A stretch of DNA of 64,000 nucleotides from contig OZ241329.1 of NCBI GenBank assembly GCA_965199825.1, positions 256,001 through 320,000 of the forward strand. Direction: 5' to 3'. The notes beneath the pieces were generated by a model, which was not told the origin of the DNA, made no database searches, and saw only the letters and a program-made list of their open reading frames with translations. Position numbers and translations under genes: made by a program. This DNA comes from Bdellovibrionales bacterium (GTDB lineage Bacteria; Bdellovibrionota; Bdellovibrionia; Bdellovibrionales; UBA1609). The stretch's first letter is position 1; the number at the start of each line of letters is the position of its first letter. Of the stretch, positions 61,550 through 64,000 are shown piece by piece.

Positions 61550-62107
61550 TTAATGTTGTTCCTCAAAATGATTGATCGTTTTTGAGAGTAGCGGAGCGTT
61601 CAAATCCTTTTGGGATAAAATGGGATTCGAAAATGGCCAATCGATATTGATCTCAGGATCATTCCATAAAATCGAACTTTCGGCCGATTTTGAATAGTAC
61701 CGATTTACTTTGTAGCTCACCGCTGTATCGGGCACGAGAGTCACAAACCCATGAGCAAATCCCTCGGGCACATACAATTGACGAAAGTTTTCGCTGCTTA
61801 AAATCTCAGCGATGTATTTTCCAAAAGTGCGACTATTTTTGCGGATATCTACAACGACATCAAGAATTGCCCCTGAAATCACCCTTACAAGCTTTGATTG
61901 GGCCGATGGATTATTTTGAAAATGAAGACCCCGCAAGGTTCCGGCTTTTACACTCATGGAATGATTGTCTTGAACAAATTCATCTTTAATATTCAGGGTT
62001 TTCAAACTGTCGATACGGAAGGTCTCAACAAAATATCCTCGATCGTCCGATAAAATATTTGGCTCCAACAGTTGGACTTGATCAAAAAAAATTTTAAGAC
62101 TTTTCAT
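61550..62107 (-). CDS. rfbC: dTDP-4-dehydrorhamnose 3,5-epimerase
   Basis: DDRGYF, QDNHS, LRGLHFQ, GFAHGF. Confidence 0.96.
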   Translation of the reverse strand: MKSLKIFFDQVQLLEPNILSDDRGYFVETFRIDSLKTLNIKDEFVQDNHSMSVKAGTLRGLHFQNNPSAQSKLVRVISGAILDVVVDIRKNSRTFGKYIAEILSSENFRQLYVPEGFAHGFVTLVPDTAVSYKVNRYYSKSAESSILWNDPEINIDWPFSNPILSQKDLNAPLLSKTINHFEEQH

Positions 62108-62164
62108 TCGTCTCCCCTCCAACAATTGGATTGCGGCATCATCAATACCAAGTTAAAAAAAATC

Positions 62165-63073
62165 ATGAAAGCAATAATATTAGCCGGCGGATCGGGCTCT
62201 AGGCTTTATCCGATGACTTCTATTGTCTCAAAGCAATTGCAGCCCATTTACGATAAGCCCATGATCTTTTACCCCTTAAGCTCTTTGATGCTTTGCGGAG
62301 TTAAGGAATATTTAATCATCAGCACCATTCGCGACACGCCATTTATCCAAACACTGCTCGGCGATGGATCGGCCTATGGGATTTCTATTCAATATGAGGT
62401 GCAACTCGTTCCGGCAGGTCTTCCCCAAGCTTTTATTATTGGTGAGAAATTTATTGGCCAAGACGATGTGATCATGATGTTGGGCGACAACATTCTTTAT
62501 GGCGACATCACTTTTTTAGAGCACGCGGTGGACTTACATATCCATCGCTCAGATAAATTTAGAGGGCGAATTTTTGCTTATTATGTCGATGACCCACGCA
62601 GCTATGGAGTGGTGGAATTAGAAAAATCATCGGCTCGGGTGATCAGTATTGAAGAAAAGCCAGAGTCTCCCCGCTCCAATTATGCCATTCCAGGAATTTA
62701 TATTTTTGATTGCACGGTGTCGCAACGGGCAAAGCACTTGCACCGATCGGCGCGCGGCGAACTCGAAATGGTTGATATTATGAAATCCTATCTTGCAGAA
62801 CAAAGCTTAGGAGTTGAAATTATTGGTCGTGGAGTTACATGGTTTGATACCGGCACACCCGAGGCCATGCTCGAAGCAGGACTGATGATTGCCTCCATCG
62901 AAAAGCGCTCGGGGATGAAAATTGCTTCTCTCGAGGAGATTGCATTGCGCAGAAAATATTTGTCTCTCTCCCAATTTGCAAAGCGATTGGAGCAAATCCC
63001 TCACTCTCCCTACAGAAAATATTTAGAAAGAGTCTATACCGAAGTATTCCAAGAGGAGGAGTGCCATTTCTGA
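62165..63073 (+). CDS. rfbA: Glucose-1-phosphate thymidylyltransferase
   Basis: ILAGGSGSRLYP, SKQLQPIYDKPMI, LGDN, EEKP, SARGELE, WFDTGT. Confidence 0.96.
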   Translation: MKAIILAGGSGSRLYPMTSIVSKQLQPIYDKPMIFYPLSSLMLCGVKEYLIISTIRDTPFIQTLLGDGSAYGISIQYEVQLVPAGLPQAFIIGEKFIGQDDVIMMLGDNILYGDITFLEHAVDLHIHRSDKFRGRIFAYYVDDPRSYGVVELEKSSARVISIEEKPESPRSNYAIPGIYIFDCTVSQRAKHLHRSARGELEMVDIMKSYLAEQSLGVEIIGRGVTWFDTGTPEAMLEAGLMIASIEKRSGMKIASLEEIALRRKYLSLSQFAKRLEQIPHSPYRKYLERVYTEVFQEEECHF

Positions 63074-64000
63074 GGTCAATCTCAATTGGTATTCACGGTT
63101 CGCCAATCAGGATTATAGTCCGAGCGATTATTTTTGGACGTGGTTCAATCTCGACTCAAAAACCTACCCAAAAATTATTCATAAGCTTTCGTTTCCTCTG
63201 CGAGAGATCAATCGGATCTTAAGCGAGAATCCCTCTGTTCAGCTCGAGCTTCTCGATCATCTGCAAGAGATCGAAAAAAGTTTGATCGATCTTGCTCAAT
63301 TTAAAAATTCGCACCCGATTCCTTTGACCTTAAAGTCTGCAAAACAAATTTTGGATGATTTTTATTTATGTCAAAATCAACCTGAAAAACAAAAGAGTTT
63401 GTTTTATCAGCTGATCCATAAGCTCCAAATCGAGAGTGCCCAAGATCAAAAGCTTACCGTCTTCCATCTGATTTTTGGAAGCTACCGACATCTAGAGGTA
63501 GCCCTCGAAAAATTAGCCCAACTTGAACATCCGGATTGGGCTCATCAACAAATTAAGAATTTATCTGTACAATATAGAGAACTGATTTTTCCTCAGACCA
63601 CACCCGCTCTCCAACTTTTACATAAGATGCGAACCGATCTCCCTGATGACGAGGCCGAGTATTTGGGTTGGATCTTATTGCAAGGCCCTGAAGAGTATCC
63701 CGATATTTTGGCAAAAATTCCTTTGGCACTTTTTTATCAACAGAAAAAAGGTTTTTGGAGTCATCCCGAAGGGCTTCCCACCTTTGGCGCATTGATGGTC
63801 AAAATGGCAAACTCAGGACAGAACTTACCCACAGAAAATGGGAATCAGGTTTGTCACTCATTGCGCGTGCTACTTGCAGCTTCTCGAAACTTAAGATTTC
63901 CGTTCCCGCCCAACTTTTTTTCATCTTTATTTTCACTCAATGAATTGGGTCAAAGTCGCTTAAGTGAAATTATCGTGGGAGAAGAAACAAGTAATATTGA
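63066..64000 (+). CDS. Hypothetical protein, runs off the window; start uncertain
   Basis: One frame is stop-free from 63027 to 64000 (ISEVNLNWYSRFANQDYSPSDYFWTW...). Absent from the ORF track because it has no stop inside the window. Confidence 0.65.
   Translation, partial: MSEVNLNWYSRFANQDYSPSDYFWTWFNLDSKTYPKIIHKLSFPLREINRILSENPSVQLELLDHLQEIEKSLIDLAQFKNSHPIPLTLKSAKQILDDFYLCQNQPEKQKSLFYQLIHKLQIESAQDQKLTVFHLIFGSYRHLEVALEKLAQLEHPDWAHQQIKNLSVQYRELIFPQTTPALQLLHKMRTDLPDDEAEYLGWILLQGPEEYPDILAKIPLALFYQQKKGFWSHPEGLPTFGALMVKMANSGQNLPTENGNQVCHSLRVLLAASRNLRFPFPPNFFSSLFSLNELGQSRLSEIIVGEETSNI

Noticed and set aside
24148..62164. Long N-terminal extensions in the ORF track (recQ, rlmE, M32, manC, waaL, capK-like, rfbA)
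   Set aside because: They overlap neighbouring genes or repeats and precede the family-typical N-termini, so starts were moved downstream.
755..63943. Numerous 60-135 aa ORFs antisense to or nested in confident genes
   Set aside because: Shadow ORFs with no motifs, fully overlapping well-supported CDSs.
1..64000. tRNA, rRNA, prophage structural genes, integron attC array
   Set aside because: No cloverleaf or rRNA signatures, phage hallmark proteins or integron integrase were recognised by eye. A covariance-model search would be needed to exclude small RNAs.

Overview
Compact bacterial chromosomal window. Gene content and many orphan secreted proteins suggest a Bdellovibrionota/Oligoflexia-like predator (inference only). 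1-34.5 kb is mostly housekeeping: TetR-TolC-EmrAB efflux, Lon, RmuC-like, APC permease, RNase Z-like, CheX, LpxD, YceI, USP, RecQ, NDH-2, RluA, RlmE, a degenerate PBP1C-like gene, an ankyrin protein and an M32 peptidase. It opens with an HNH nuclease that has a 13-copy 18-20 bp tandem array upstream and copies of the same motif inside the gene. 34.5-46.2 kb is a gene-sparse accessory island. It holds secreted orphans, a trypsin-like protease, a dnaE2 remnant, three paralogous immunity-like genes behind decayed TNT/NADase-like toxin tips, an HUH/Y1 (RAYT-like) transposase, and an NlpC/P60-like gene with a lipoprotein partner. A 14-bp motif AATGACANTGCCCC occurs twice at the island's left edge and twice just before the transposase. 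46.6-64 kb is a surface-polysaccharide locus (manC, DegT-family, waaL, wecB, gmd, rmd-like, rmlABCD plus tailoring enzymes) with mixed gene orientations. No rRNA, tRNA or CRISPR array was recognised. All product calls come from motif recognition by eye; no database searches were run.
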